A DNA stretch of 64,000 nt from Dudresnaya verticillata (Eukaryota), in NCBI GenBank assembly GCA_977862235.1, contig OZ374558.1, forward strand, positions 3,348,001 through 3,412,000, in the 5' to 3' direction. Below, in pieces: positions 24,677-37,628 of the stretch. Positions within the stretch are counted from its first letter, which is position 1. Every line of letters begins with the position of its first letter. The notes below the pieces were generated by a model, which was not told the DNA's origin, did not search any database, and was given only the letters and a program-made list of their open reading frames with translations. The translations under genes and the position numbers were made by a program.

Positions 24677-25829
24677 ACGTTGTCAGCCGGTGGCGTCGAA
24701 TTCCCGCTGGAGCTGTAAGTAAACAAAGTGCGCTGTGGCGCGCACGCGTACGCGTGTCACACTAACACACGTGGCAAACCCTTGGAGAGTGCTGACGCGT
24801 GAATTGCGCATCGAATACTCCAAATGACACCACCTTGAAGGAGTAGTCACTTTTTTGAGGCACTATGCGAGTCATGGCGACGAAATCGGAAGCTTCGAAG
24901 GCATTCCTCGTCGCTCAAGGTCTTCACTTTGAATACATGGAGCGATATATTTTGAGATCGATGAAATCGGAGCTGTCGAAACGAAGGCGCTTGTAAAAAG
25001 CGTACGCAGCTGAAGGCTCACGCTGCTTGCCAAAAAGGCGAAATCGCAGCTGGGATGTGAAGAAGCGTTGTCGGACGTTGCCGATGCTGACGTCGGTTTG
25101 CCTCATTGCGATAGTTGCAGCCTGCGTTGGTCGTGGTACGGCAGATATGCAGAGTTGAGAAAAATGCCCGAAACGGGGGCCTTTGCCGTATTCATTTTCG
25201 CTCCGTTTTTAGACTGCGTAATTGCCTCGAATGGCGATCGATGCGCGCGGAATCTTCGCCAACGTTTGCTTTGCGGAAATAAGAGATGGAGACCTTTATG
25301 CGGAAGTAAGAAACAATGCACCACGCACCTTTGCGCCTTCCCTGCCCCACAGCAAAGCCCATCACCGCGTGCAACGCTCCGCTCGCACGCGCCGGCGCTG
25401 CGCAAGTTGCCCAAGGCCAACCCGACCGCACTGTTGATATTGCTGCTGTCTCGACCACGGTGCGTGCCATTCGCAATCTCTGCGCGACTGCTTTCCCGTC
25501 CCCCTGGTCCCCTTCGCTCTCCTCCTCCCGCTCCCGGCCCCAGTGACACCCCCTTCAATGCGATCTGTAATGATACCAAGTAACGCTACTTGGCCCTCAG
25601 GCCTGCGCCTGCAAATGGGCCCTTGTCGCCTGCGTTGGACCACGATAACGCATTAAAATTGGATGATCACATTTTTGTTGCTGCGTAATTTGTCGAATGT
25701 ACAACAATTATAACAAGTACCCTCAGTATAATGTATCTTACCTTTTCCAGTTACGTTCTTCATCTGCTCCTTCATTCCTTCCCAACACGCCCCCCTACCC
25801 CTCCCCGACAACCACCCCATCCCGTCGCC

Positions 25830-27826
25830 ATGCCTCAACAACGCCCCCCTCGAATCCGTGCAGCCGCAGTCTTGCCTGGTGTGCCCGCGCTACTCACCGT
25901 TCTCTCCCTTCTAGCCCTCCACCCCGTCCCCGCCGCCGCCGCCCTACCCGCACGTCCGCTCGATGGCGTCGCGCTGCGCTGTTGCACCGTGCTCGCCTCG
26001 CCGTTCACGATCAACGCGAAGACCTACCACGTAAGCACGCCGCTGTCACCACGGCCCATTGGCCCCGCTTCTCGCACTTTACCGCCCGCAGCCCCACACT
26101 CACCCACCCCTGCCCCAACGCCGAACAGCACGGCTTCGACGGCCTCGTCATAGAATACCTGAACCACCTCTACGAGCGCACCGGCATGACATGCTCGTCG
26201 CTCACCGCCTTCGAGGACACCTCTGGAAGCGTCGCATGGAACGCCCTAATCGACAACATCATCAAGTGCACCACCGCCGACGGCGGTATCCGTCAAGATG
26301 AAGACTGCCCTTGTGACATTGGCGCCGCCGCCTGGTTCGAGACCCCGCAACGCCTCGCTGTTGATTTCGTCCCCGCTTTTGTGTACGATAGTAGGCGTGT
26401 GCTTGTTAACATCAAGGATACATCGATGGTCAACGACGCCACCTTCTTTCTTACTGCCTTCGACCCGCTTGTCTGGGGCCTTATTGGTCTGCTCGTCGTC
26501 TTATTCTCGGGTGTCAAGCTCCTGGATAGGCGCTTTGCCCCTCGGGAGAAGCCGTTTGCCGCACTCCCTGAAAACGAAAGCGCCTTCCGCCGAGCACGGC
26601 ATTACTTGCTTAAGAACAATGCCCTCTTCCGCCTGCGCATCGCCCTACAGGATGTTTGTATGTCATCCACACCGAAACTCTTCTTTTTCTTTCATGATTG
26701 CAAAATAATAATACTTTTTTTCCGTTCTAACATTCACTTCGTGTCTTCGCATTGGCTTCTGCCTTAAATCACTACCATAAAAGGTGCTCTCGTTATCGGC
26801 CAGCCCACACACGGCGTCCGGGGCGAGTATCGCTCCACCAGGCAGTGGGTCCTCAACTTCGTCGTCGCTCTCAGTGGGCTCTTCCTGGTTCTTGTGTACG
26901 AAGCCACCATGACGTAAGTTTCCGCTTCTTGGCGCAACACAAATTACCTTATTTTTGGATGAACCACAGCAATCTATCTCGTACAATTTCTAACGTTATC
27001 TCTCCCAACTATATGCGTTGTTTCCAAATTCAGTGCCAACTTGGTCCAAGAGACCTTTCAGTCTAACTTTCGCGGCATCGAAGACTTCAAAGTGTGCAGA
27101 ATCAGTGATAATGACGTCTGCTTTGTCGAAGGCGACTCTAGCAAAAGCTTTTGGGATGTCGCCATTGCCAATTCGTATGTTTTTTCTCTATCCGTACACA
27201 CACACGAAATCAAGATTCCGAGCACTAATCTGTGTCTAGTTTCAGTTCAACCAAATGACTAACTCATCTATCTTTGCCCCATTCTCGTGTCCTGGTACTC
27301 ACGAAGACCATGTCGTAAGGAAATTCCTTTTGCGCAACCTAAGACATACAAGACCTACGAAGAGACTATTGAAGCTGTAAACTCCGGAAAGTGTAGGTAC
27401 ATGCTGACAGATGGAGGAACCGGGTTGGATGCAGTAAACGGGCGGTACTGTGGGAAATTGGCGCTTGCAGGCGAGCCGTTCAGCGAGGGAGGACTTCACT
27501 TTGTGCTACCAAGAGGATCAAAATATATGTTGCCACTGAGGAATGCCACACTGCAGCTCCGCTCCGAAAGTCTACTGGACAGTTTGGACAGGTACTTTGA
27601 GAAAAAGGGAAAATGCTCAACTTCCATCAAACCGCAGCTGACTTTCGGGCAGCTCAAGACATTTTTTATTCTTGCGTTTGCGGCTATTCTTCTACTATTG
27701 TTGGAAATGCTCTTTGACCCTCAAACCATCAAGAAGAAGGGGCAAGCTCAAATTTCCGAGGGAGAAGCAGGAGAAGAAGAAGGGCGCGAGGCTTTGCAAG
27801 TGCCATCTTCCTTTGTTGGGCATTAG
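25830..27826 (+). CDS. GLR/iGluR-like channel, paralogue 4. Exons 25830-26030, 26129-26657, 26784-26913, 27034-27174, 27307-27826 (506 aa)
   Basis: Close paralogue of gene 3 with the same intron positions; 1521 nt in frame. Confidence 0.9.
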
Positions 27827-28745
27827 TGTGTCTCTCCAATCTTCGTCTATTGGCAATTCTAGTAACCGCTTTACTGCTCCCATATGCATCCTCTTGCACT
27901 GGTGTCGAACCTGAATTTTCGCTGACCATTGTAATATGGTATGGTTCGTACCTCTGCTCCGATTTCGTGTCCTGATCTTCCACGGCGACCATCCAAGAAT
28001 GGTCGGTTATTTCAATACCCGGTATCTTCATTTTATTACATTTCTGTTACCGGATTGATCTTCCTGACTTTTTCTCAACACGGACGTTTGCTTCGAGCGC
28101 TCGTAGAACTCGAAGAATTGAATCTCATGGAATGAAAGAAGCTTTCTGATTGTATCTTAAAAGAAAGTAACACTGTGGCGTGTAACACGCGAGCAGCGTA
28201 GCTCGCCTGGGAGTACTCCCGGCCCAGGGAGCCTGGGGCAGCGACTCAGGCTTGGGGCTTTCGGTTTTCAAAAGATATAGGATATGGCTCCTTAGCTCTC
28301 CGAGAGCTTAGTTAATATAGTTGTGCCTGCAATGCTTTTCTCTGTGGACATCATTATTGAAAATTGATCTATGAAGACCACAGTAGTTCGGAGTTCAAAT
28401 TATGGACCTTGCGTGAGTGTGATGAGCATGAAAGTAGAAAAGAAAGGTCGAGTGGAAAGAACGACAGGCTCACGCAATCGTGGCGAAATCCGGGCGGTTC
28501 AAATCGTTCACTACCTGTAGGATTTTGGGGTCAATGCGCAGTAGCGGTATGTTTTGATTTTTGCTTTGAAGCACCATAACCTCGTCTACATTACTCATCA
28601 ACATTGACATTTTTGAGAATACGATATAGCTGATGCCACCGAAAATTCCGTTCGAGTAGCATATATCAATGCCTTTCTCTCCCGCTGACAAGATGCCGAC
28701 GATTCATACTACAAAAGCTTCGCATGAAAGCTTTTAGCTTTAATG

Positions 28746-29472
28746 TCATTCATTCAAGGTGCGCACTGTCTCCAGAACAATTCCGTGGAGTAGTTCCCTC
28801 ACTTCATCCTTCAAATGATTTCTCTGTATATGAAGCTTCATTGCCTCCTTGTCGTTGCAGAGCTGTCCACAGCCTTGCCAGTCGCATTTCAACATTTTAC
28901 TGGCGTCTAAACTCTGCTGTGCATTTTCAGAAGAAGGCTCTGGCGGGGGCTGCTTAATGTGCATTCGGCACATGTGGGTCATCAAAGAGCTTTTCTGGGT
29001 AAATCTGGAACTACAGCCTTCCCACTCACACTTGTATGGCTTGAGATTCCAATGAACAGCGTAGTAGTGCTAAAAGGAACGAGAAATGAAAATGGTATAA
29101 TGTTAGTGTTACGCTCTTGAGCAATAGAAGTAGGATCCTCTCGAAAGGCTTTGCGATTTACAGACGTACTTGTGCCACGGCCCCTTCAGAACGATTCTTA
29201 AAACTACATTCTGGGCAAGCTTCGCAACCCATTGATTTCGCCGTTGAGGTGGACCTGTTGATCTCTGTGCGCATCGGAGAGGCTGCGACTTCCGTTTCTA
29301 CTCTCTTCCGTGCGCCTGCCAAGAATATGTTCTTCAGAATTTGTTCTTGCTCTGGATCAAGAAGAATTGCTGTGGGCGTCGTACTAGACTTGCGCTGAAT
29401 CTCTTGGATTACGGCCTCCCACATCCTTACTTCCAAAGCTGTAGCAACCAATATATCCCAGGATGAAGACAT
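28746..29472 (-). CDS. C2H2 zinc-finger protein (3 fingers), paralogue A. Exons 29472-29170 and 29069-28746 (208 aa)
   Basis: CPEC..F....AQ|HYYAVH; KPYKCEWEGCSSRFTQKSSLMTHMCRMH; KCDWQGC...HIQRNH. 100-nt GTACGT..TAG intron, in frame. Confidence 0.85.
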
Positions 29473-31657
29473 GTCGAACAAGAATTAGATTGCTACCAAG
29501 AGAGAAGTTTGTGTATGTGCTCTGGCTCTCCGGCTCTCTGTACAATGGTTTAGGGTGCTTCAGAAAGATGTGTGAGGGCTGGGTGGGAATGACGCGGCCA
29601 GGATGATAAATGCTTTGCAGGAAGGTGTTCTGCTTGAATTGATGCGCTTCATAAAGGAATCCGTCCATATATAACGCCTTCTTGTGTCAAGAAAGGGCTG
29701 CATTTAGTTCGGACACGAAGCTGAACGCAAAGTTAGTGTATCTTTTAGATGCTGGTCAGCATTGTCTTCTTCATACAGACAGCTCCCGGGATACAAAGAA
29801 AGCGATTCCACTATTTAAAAGACGTTGTTCAACGCACAGCCAACGCATCCAACGTTATTCTACCCAATAGACAGCTCATGGTTTATGCGTTTGATTATTA
29901 ATGGAAAAATGATTACTCGGCGAGGGACCAGAAAATAGAAGCCAGCTGGTAAAAAGTCAGTGACAATATTCTACAAATTTTGCACTGTGCGAATCTGATT
30001 TATTCCTTTATCCTTTTCTGGGAATGTGCGGCAAACGAGACCAGTGAAGAGCTAAATTCGTCACACTCTGAGCGTTTTATTGCTTGTCATGGTGAAGATG
30101 GATATAAAGATAAAACCACTATACTGTTCTTCTAATGATCTACACATATAATAGATATCACTCATTAGTCTTGCAAATATGTAACGAGAAGCACGCTATC
30201 GGGTGGTTTTAACGAGTTTCAAGGTCGGCGAGGAAGAAATGCTGTCCCGAGGTGAAGCATTGCACCCCAGGTTGGGGCGAAACCCCAACAAGAATGCTTC
30301 CAGCAAGTCCCTCAGACGATGTAGAAGTTTTACTTTAGCACATGGCTAAGTCTATCCTATGCAAGCGGCTGAGGTCCATAAGCGGAAGCACCAGCCCATA
30401 GGACGCGACGACAAGAAGAAGGGGGTTCAGTGGTGGTAACACCAGAGAGATGGATTGCACACCGTGACAATGATCAAGGCTACCCAAAAGTACCACGAAT
30501 TGAGCTATAATATGTCACCAAGTGCTGACCGAAACGTGGTCAGCAGTGATGGCGTTAGCTGAGGTTTACTTCTTCGGCCTTGACACTTTATCACTGGGCA
30601 CTCCAACCCTTCGCGGCGAAACTTCGAGTTCTTTGGACTCCTGATCTGTTTTCCACGGAGATAAGACATGGAACATTAGTGAGATTAACTATCGCTCAGA
30701 TGCATGTGAATCCTTTGTGGGCCATTGGTGCCTATGTCGTTTTGCATGTACTATACTGCACGAAATGAAAAAGTAGATGAGGATATGTATCCTGCGCGAT
30801 CTCTCTGTACCATGAACGGATGCCAGCGCAAGTGGCTCGGTGTGCTTTCGCTGCTGATGAAGAATAGCTGACTAGCTGTGCAGTGCAGTAGCCTGCTTGT
30901 AGAACAGAAATTAAGCTATGGAGTAGTTCTGTTTGTCGTTTCGTGATCAATAGTGCATGAACAAGTCCCCGGTCAATGCTCGTTAATCAAGGTAAAATTT
31001 ACTTCTACCAGAGAGCCTGCCAATCCCTTACAAAGAAACCGAACGTTGTGCATTGCGTGCCAAACTCGACTTTGCGCTATGATGCGCCCTACTCGCTGGC
31101 GTCGTAATGAATTCTTTCTCCCGGTTCCACAGGAAACACCTCGTTCCCTTTTTACCCCCACAAGTTGGCATCGCATGTGCATCAGTTAGCATCAACTGGG
31201 TCTGCAAATAGGCCCTTGTTGCCTGCATGGAATCATTTAAACCAGTCTTTGAAAACTGCAACACTATGTTTATCTACTTTCTTGCTCTGCTCCAAGTACA
31301 TTGCATTAGAGTTATAAATGCCTAATACGCGGTACTAACCCCGCTGGCGAGACCTCTTTTTGGAAAAGAACTTTCCTAGCTGTTTTCTAGTCACATTCTG
31401 CGTTATCAAGTCACATAACTCAACTCGCCGGCGCAGTTGCCTCCAACACACCTAAATAGGGCTATTTATTGCCCCGAGCATTTAGACGGTACCCATTGCT
31501 CCTCGATGAAGTTCCGAGTTCTCTAATCACATGGGATACGCATTCTAGTGTTAGTACGAGCCCAACCGCAATGTAAACATCACAATACATTTACCTCCCT
31601 AACAGACACGGAGCGATCATGCCTCAAAGGATCTACAAAGGATGCATGCCGAATTTT

Positions 31658-32413
31658 CTAGTTCAGAGCCCCGATATTCAGGGTTACTATGGTCTGTAGA
31701 ACAATTTGGTTAAGTAGCTTCTTTGTATCCTTATTCTTCATATGAGCCTTATGTAAATGTTCACTTATTTCTTGAATGCTGTTGCAAAAGAATGTACATC
31801 GTTTCCAATGGCATCTGAAAATTCCGTCCGAAACAGAGTTTGCAGGTCCAGAAGTCTCTGTTACGACGTTCTCCTCAGGGCACCTGACGTGCTTCCTGGA
31901 AATGTGTTTTTACCATATTGCTTTTTTCCGAAAACGTAGCACTGCAGCCTTCCCATTGGCACCTGTACGGCTTAAAGCTCCAATGACAAGAGTAGTAGTG
32001 CTGCAAGGCAATAAAATAAGAGTCGGTATGAACTGTGTGCTTGAGTGTTAGTCTCCTTTCGTGCCCCCTGAAGTAACAAGCAATAGAAACAGGACCACGA
32101 GAAGAGCGGGTTTTGCGCTCAGGAGACGTACCGGTACCAAGATAGATTCAAACGGGCTCTTGAAACTACACTCTGGACAAGAACTGGCGTCTTCTCTCGT
32201 GGGCGTCGTGCTTATCGGAGTGCCTGATACTAGTCTCTCCACTCTAACAAGTAGACCTGCCTTAAAAATGTTCTTGAGAATTTGTTCTTGCTCCGGACCA
32301 AGAAGAATTGCAGTGGGAGTGGTACTAGACTTGCGGTGGAGCTCTCGGATTTGCGCCTCCCACGAACTTAATTCGCAGGACGTTTCAACCAGTCTTTGCC
32401 AAGATTCGGACAT
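31658..32413 (-). pseudogene. C2H2 zinc-finger paralogue B. Exons 32413-32132 and 32000-31658; one extra A in a homopolymer at ~31907-31911 (pseudogene or assembly error)
   Basis: Same N-terminal domain (RKSSTTPTAILL.PEQEQILKNIF) and intron position as paralogue A; KPYRCQWEGC..F. Removing one base restores KHISRKH and the third finger CHWKRC...HLHKAH. Confidence 0.75.
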
Positions 32414-33075
32414 ACTGAACGCGAGAGACTTATTGGGTGTTTACTGGTAGAGGGGATAAACTTTGTTGGTGTGTCACTTTGGTTGTCTTGGGTGGTGCGA
32501 GAGAGAGAGGAGCAAGGCCTTGGCTGGTACAAAGTGGTTTTAGTATTAAATGCTTTGCTGGCGCAGCATTCTGCCGGGCTCGGTGAGGAGTTCGTCGGCA
32601 GCCTTTGAAAATTATGACATTCGATAAAGGCCCATTTCTCTCTTCTACATTATTGCATATAATGTAGATTATTGCATGAAGAAAGCCGCTCATTACGTAC
32701 GCATACTATTTCCGTTTAAAATTGAGTTGAGCGGAAAGCGGTTGCATCGTGCTACCAGATGTTCAGCACAGGATATGACTAAAGTGTTGGGCGGTATTAT
32801 TCGCCTCACAAGTCATCACATTTAGCTTTTGGTTAATCGATTTTGCTCCATTATGCGGAAATACGATCTTGTTCGGTGAGGAACCATTGTCTTCAGAAAG
32901 TAGTCGGTCGAGATGGCAATGAACTTGCAGTGACTATTAAGAGAGTTTTCAATACGCGAATGACTAGAGAATGTCAGAACCTATCGTAATACTGGCCACA
33001 AAGAACACGAGAGCGGACCCAGGTGGAGCTAAAGATTCGCGAAGACATTTCCATATCATCTGTGTATGGACCCAT

Positions 33076-33129
33076 AGCAACTTTCTCACGTCTTCACCCA
33101 TACATTGGTGAAGACGTGAGAAAGTTGCT
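33076..33129. repeat. Perfect 23-bp-stem hairpin with 8-nt loop
   Basis: agcaactttctcacgtcttcacc-catacatt-ggtgaagacgtgagaaagttgct. Confidence 0.9.
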
Positions 33130-33763
33130 GTAGAAGGATTGTAATTTGGTGAGAGGTTTTATAATGCATGCTCCAAGGAGAAGAGAAGTGCCATTCATGA
33201 CCATATATTTTATTATCGGACCAGGTTTAGAGTTGGGGTGCTTCGGCAGCGGTGGCGCATGCTCAACTACAGTAGGAAAACTATTGTGGTAGTAGTTGCA
33301 AGCGCGCGGGGGCGGTCAGGCTGCATCCATGGTTTTTTTATGGTAGTTGCAAAAAGAGGTGTACGTTTGGTTGGGGGAATAGTGGTGTATCTACTATCTT
33401 CTTGGTCGCAACTCGCAAGAGGTGTGTCTGCCAGAAGACAGAGACATGGAAATTGTGTATGGGTTTGTGGAGCAAGTGTCCTCTAACGATGTGAATCACG
33501 TCTGCATACAATGTCGTGGGGCAGGGCGACACACAAGCATCACAAGCATCGCAAGCATCGGTAAAGTGAGAAGTACAAAGGTGGACAGAGACATGTGTGG
33601 AGGATGCGCCTGAATTGGGCAACGGGCGGCGATTGAGGATCGAAGAAGGAGCGATAGGGACAAGAAGAGTATGAAAGTGTTTGCTGGAATTTAACTAGAA
33701 TAGCTGTGCACTGCGGGCGTGCGAATCAAGCAGTCATCATTTTAAACAAAGCGGCAGACCGAC

Positions 33764-34162
33764 CTACGGGCCCGGGGTGACGAGCGGGACGACGACGCCG
33801 CGGCCGGCGCAGGTATCGACCTGGTTGATGATGCAGAAGTCCTTGCGCTCGTCGCGGAGGCACTTGCAGCGCTTGAGAAACAGGCGGATGCACTTGACGA
33901 TGCGGCGCGACAGGCGCTTGTTCTTGCCCTTCTTGACGCACGGCGTGGTGACCAGCAGGCTGGCCGAGGCCGGCGGCAGGTCGACCAGCACGGAGATCTC
34001 CGACTTGAACTTTTTCTTGGCGCACGCGATGCGGTCCGCGGACACGTCCAGCGACAGCTTGGAGCACTTGGCCTTCTTCTGGTGCGTGACGGCGGACGGG
34101 AGTGATGTGGCTAGCGAGAGCGTTAGCAGGCACAGCACGGTGAGGAGCTTGAGCACGGCCAT
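33764..34162 (-). CDS. Small secreted cationic 8-Cys protein A (132 aa)
   Basis: Signal peptide MAVLKLLTVLCLLTLSLA; K/R-rich; strong GC3 bias; paralogous to 37629-38066; TATA box upstream. Confidence 0.85.
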   Translation of the reverse strand: MAVLKLLTVLCLLTLSLATSLPSAVTHQKKAKCSKLSLDVSADRIACAKKKFKSEISVLVDLPPASASLLVTTPCVKKGKNKRLSRRIVKCIRLFLKRCKCLRDERKDFCIINQVDTCAGRGVVVPLVTPGP

Positions 34163-34252
34163 TTTGCTTTGGGGTGGTTTTGGGGGGGTGGTGCGGGTGG
34201 GGGTGGGGGCGGTGGTGGTGTGAGTGTGGGGGGTTGGAGTGCGGGGGCGGGG

Positions 34253-34266
34253 AGGTTTTTATAGGC
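34253..34266 (-). promoter_or_regulatory. TATA box of 8-Cys protein A
   Basis: cctataaaaacc on the minus strand about 100 nt upstream of the ATG. Confidence 0.55.
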
Positions 34267-37200
34267 GATGCGGTCGGGTTTTTTTCGGGGTGCCGCTCTT
34301 GACACAAGCGACTGCGCGCTGCACCGGTGTTTTGCTTCGGTGTGTGTGCGGCGTTTGATCTGTCAGCGCGGAAGGACCTGTCTGTCAGTGGTGACGTATG
34401 AGATGTCCTTTACAGTCATCTGATTTGGCGCAAAAAGCGCCAAAACGGAAGCGCAGCCGGTCTGTCACCTGTCACCCCAAGCGATGGGTCTCGGCCCCAA
34501 ACACTGTCACCGAAAAGGACCGCCACTGTCGTCCCAACCGCCGCGGCCAATGGCCGCCGCTGCCTTGATGGCCTTTGCTCGCCGCCATCTAATGAATGTG
34601 TGCGTGTGACCCAAACCCACACGGAATTCGGTCACCGCTGGTCAGGAAGAAATCTAACACACGCCGTGCCGCAAGGTGGCTCGCAGCAACCGAACCCACG
34701 CTGCCCCTGCACCGCGCGTGTCGCGCGCACGGTTGGGCCTTTCACCCGCCTCGCACTTGTTCCAAGCTGCGGCCAGCTGCCCAGGCACTGACTCAACTGA
34801 CCGATTGCCCAAAGTCGCACGTAAACTGCTGCATTACATGTTGCACTTCTAGTGCAACATGTAACATGTATCCACTGTCCACCACTGGTACAAACTACCT
34901 CGTGCCAGTCGCTGAATATCCTGTCCAACCAGTCCGATCCGAGAGTCCCACAAACATATCACCCTGACGCAAACTTTTTGACTTAACCTAGCTTTCATTC
35001 AGACCCGCGCTATGCGTCCCTCCAACTGCACACACTTTGTGCTACGTCATCACGCTCTCAGAGCATCCCGGTCACCCACTGCCACCGCCGCCGGCACAGT
35101 CGCACCAAACTGGTCCCCTATACCGTACGTCCATCGCTTGCACACACAGAAAGAAAAAAAACTCCCGTCCCATGCTGCAAGCAGCAGCAACTGCGTACTC
35201 CTCGTCCTGCTCATCTCTTGAGATCCACCGCCGTCGATGCCATTTCCGTCCGCGTCACCACTGTCCTGCTCCTCGCACCCAGTGCAAAAAACTGCTGACG
35301 CACATCTCGTCTGACCTACCATAATCGCCTACCTACACACCGCATGCGCACACACTCTGCACATTTCACCTGCTAGTCGGATAAGTTCACCCTCAAAACC
35401 TCATGGAGCAAATCGACTGACTATCGGCACTGTACGGGACATGTCGAATGTCTCCTCCTCATGTCCTGAGCCAGGGCTGAAGGCCTGTCTCAGGAGCCGT
35501 TTTTGAAGCCCCGAGACTTGTAGCCTGTTGGAAAACGAAGTATGTCCGTAACATAACTTTTCGGGACAATAATAACAATTGTTTGTTGAAGGAGCTTTCC
35601 CGCCCTACACCGTACACCAAACCATCTCCTTCCATAAACCTGCACAATGGCCAACACTCACCCATTTTCTTGTACACCTTCATACACCGTACACATCTTC
35701 TTCAATGAACCTGTACAATGGTCCTCACCTATTTGCTCCCTGATAGACCATGCACATCCCCTTCAATAATAAATAAACCTGCAAAATGGTCAGTTGCGTG
35801 CATAGCGTTACTCTCCGTGATGACATGATGTGACCCGTCTAGCCCTTTTCCGTCAACTTGACAACTCATAGTGGCAGTTACCACCGCAGCTGAACTCATC
35901 AAAGAAGACATGAAATTTACAAGTATCATGTCGTTGAATGAGCGCTGCCGGCCGGAGGTTGCTATACTCTGCGCCTCCCCGACCTATGAATTTTGTGTCA
36001 TTAAGGCAACCTCAACGCATCAATTTTTAACACTGGCTCGGTTTCACTATTCCAATAGCCACTCGTACAATATGAGTTAACACTCTTCGTTCGCGCTCGT
36101 ATGGGCGCGCCCGCTTGAAGTGCAGGGTCGTAAAGTGATGGATCCCCCTCTTCTCCCCAAGAATGGAAGTCCATAGCGTTTGCTTTTAGGTTGCAAACGC
36201 CAGCAAGATTTTCGTGCAACATATTTTTGTCAAGCTGAGGAATAAAAGGGACATCAGCAATTTTCGATACTGATGCACAGGGAACGGGGAAAAGCACTCC
36301 CAATGTACGAATAGAAAAGTGCATCCGCGCTTTAAAAGCGCTGTTTCCTCTCTGCTATTTTCTGTGCTTAAGGTGGGAGATACGGAATCAATGGAACATG
36401 TGACAATCCATTCGGAATTCCTGGTCTAAAAGAGGCATCTTCTAGCAAACATTGTCTATTCTTCCTTTCGAAAGGAGTTATAAAATCTGAAAGATGTTTC
36501 TACTTGTACAGCGAAGATTTTGCAATGCCTACCAACAACGTCTTCCACTCTACAGTTTTAACGGGGCTGTGTTGAAAGGGTTTCCAAACAGATACGGTCT
36601 CCATCATCACTGCTCCTGCCTTCTGATCAACCTCGCATTTATTTTTGATCTTGTCACCTTAATGAGCTTGCAGAGCTTGCACAATTATAGAAAAACAAAA
36701 AGAATCAGGTTCTGATGGGGGAGCAAAATGCGTTCAAGTACCGCTCCTGTACGTTGTTGTCAGTTTAACTATACTCAACTTCTTCCTGCTTTCTCCCCGG
36801 TCCGCCCAAGTTTCCGCAAAGCGCGGTAGAAAACTGTTGTACACGGAAAGTTGGTATAGAAATGACAAGGCTCGCACTGCTATGTTTATGCAAAACTTCT
36901 CCCGTTTTCAAGACTCAACAGCCGTAAGTCTCCGCCAAAACCCATCGCTGGTCTGCTGTTGCCGCGAATGGTTCAACAAGCGCAACCCTTGCTCAACCCA
37001 TCGCGCAGCAAGCAATAGATACCTTTTTGGGTGCCGGGGAGACCGACATCTTGTCAAGAGAGATGCCACCTCATCTAAACCGTGCGACCTGTCGGAAAGC
37101 CTATCACAGCGACCCCATTGGCCATCTCTGCCGCAGTGCAGCCAAAGTGCCCGCCGTGCATCTCGGGCACATTGCTGCTGTTCACTACAGACAATGGCCC

Positions 37201-37493
37201 CTTCTGCAGGTCTGATCCTCCGCAGTGTCAACAGTTTGCCTTCTGAGCCAGTTTCAGGCACTGAGAGCGCTCTGACTGTAGTGCCACAAAGGCAAACAAC
37301 GGCTAGTGGGCGGACGGAGTTGGGCTCGGTTCTGAGCCCGAGAGCTCCGAAGAGAGCTGCAAGATGGGTGTAGAGCGCCAGATAGAGCTTCTGGGGGTAG
37401 CGGGAGCTGGTATTCGAGACCAGCAACACACACACACTCTTTCTATCTATCTCCCTCCCATCTGACTTTCAGTTTCGAGACGATCCTGGATCG

Positions 37494-37504
37494 GTATATA
37501 AAGA
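37494..37504 (+). promoter_or_regulatory. TATA box of 8-Cys protein B
   Basis: gtatataaag about 130 nt upstream of ATG 37629. Confidence 0.5.
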
Positions 37505-37628
37505 GAACAACTGCGCCAAAGACCGAAGTTTGAGACCCTCAGCGCACCACAACACACCCGATCCGATCAAGAATAGCACTACCCAAAGCTCGCAATCCGC
37601 CGTTTCATCACACCAACCAACCACAACC

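Noticed and set aside
30271..30295. gttgggg-cgaaa-ccccaac hairpin as a possible ribozyme part
   Set aside because: No CUGAUGA core or other ribozyme elements found nearby.
35170..35324. Possible decayed third 8-Cys paralogue between A and B
   Set aside because: Only a weak VRVTT similarity; Cys pattern not recoverable.
35605..35790. Three degenerate direct repeats (cac..atc..cttc.at..aacctg.a.aatgg)
   Set aside because: Irregular and degenerate; not CRISPR-like and no function inferable.
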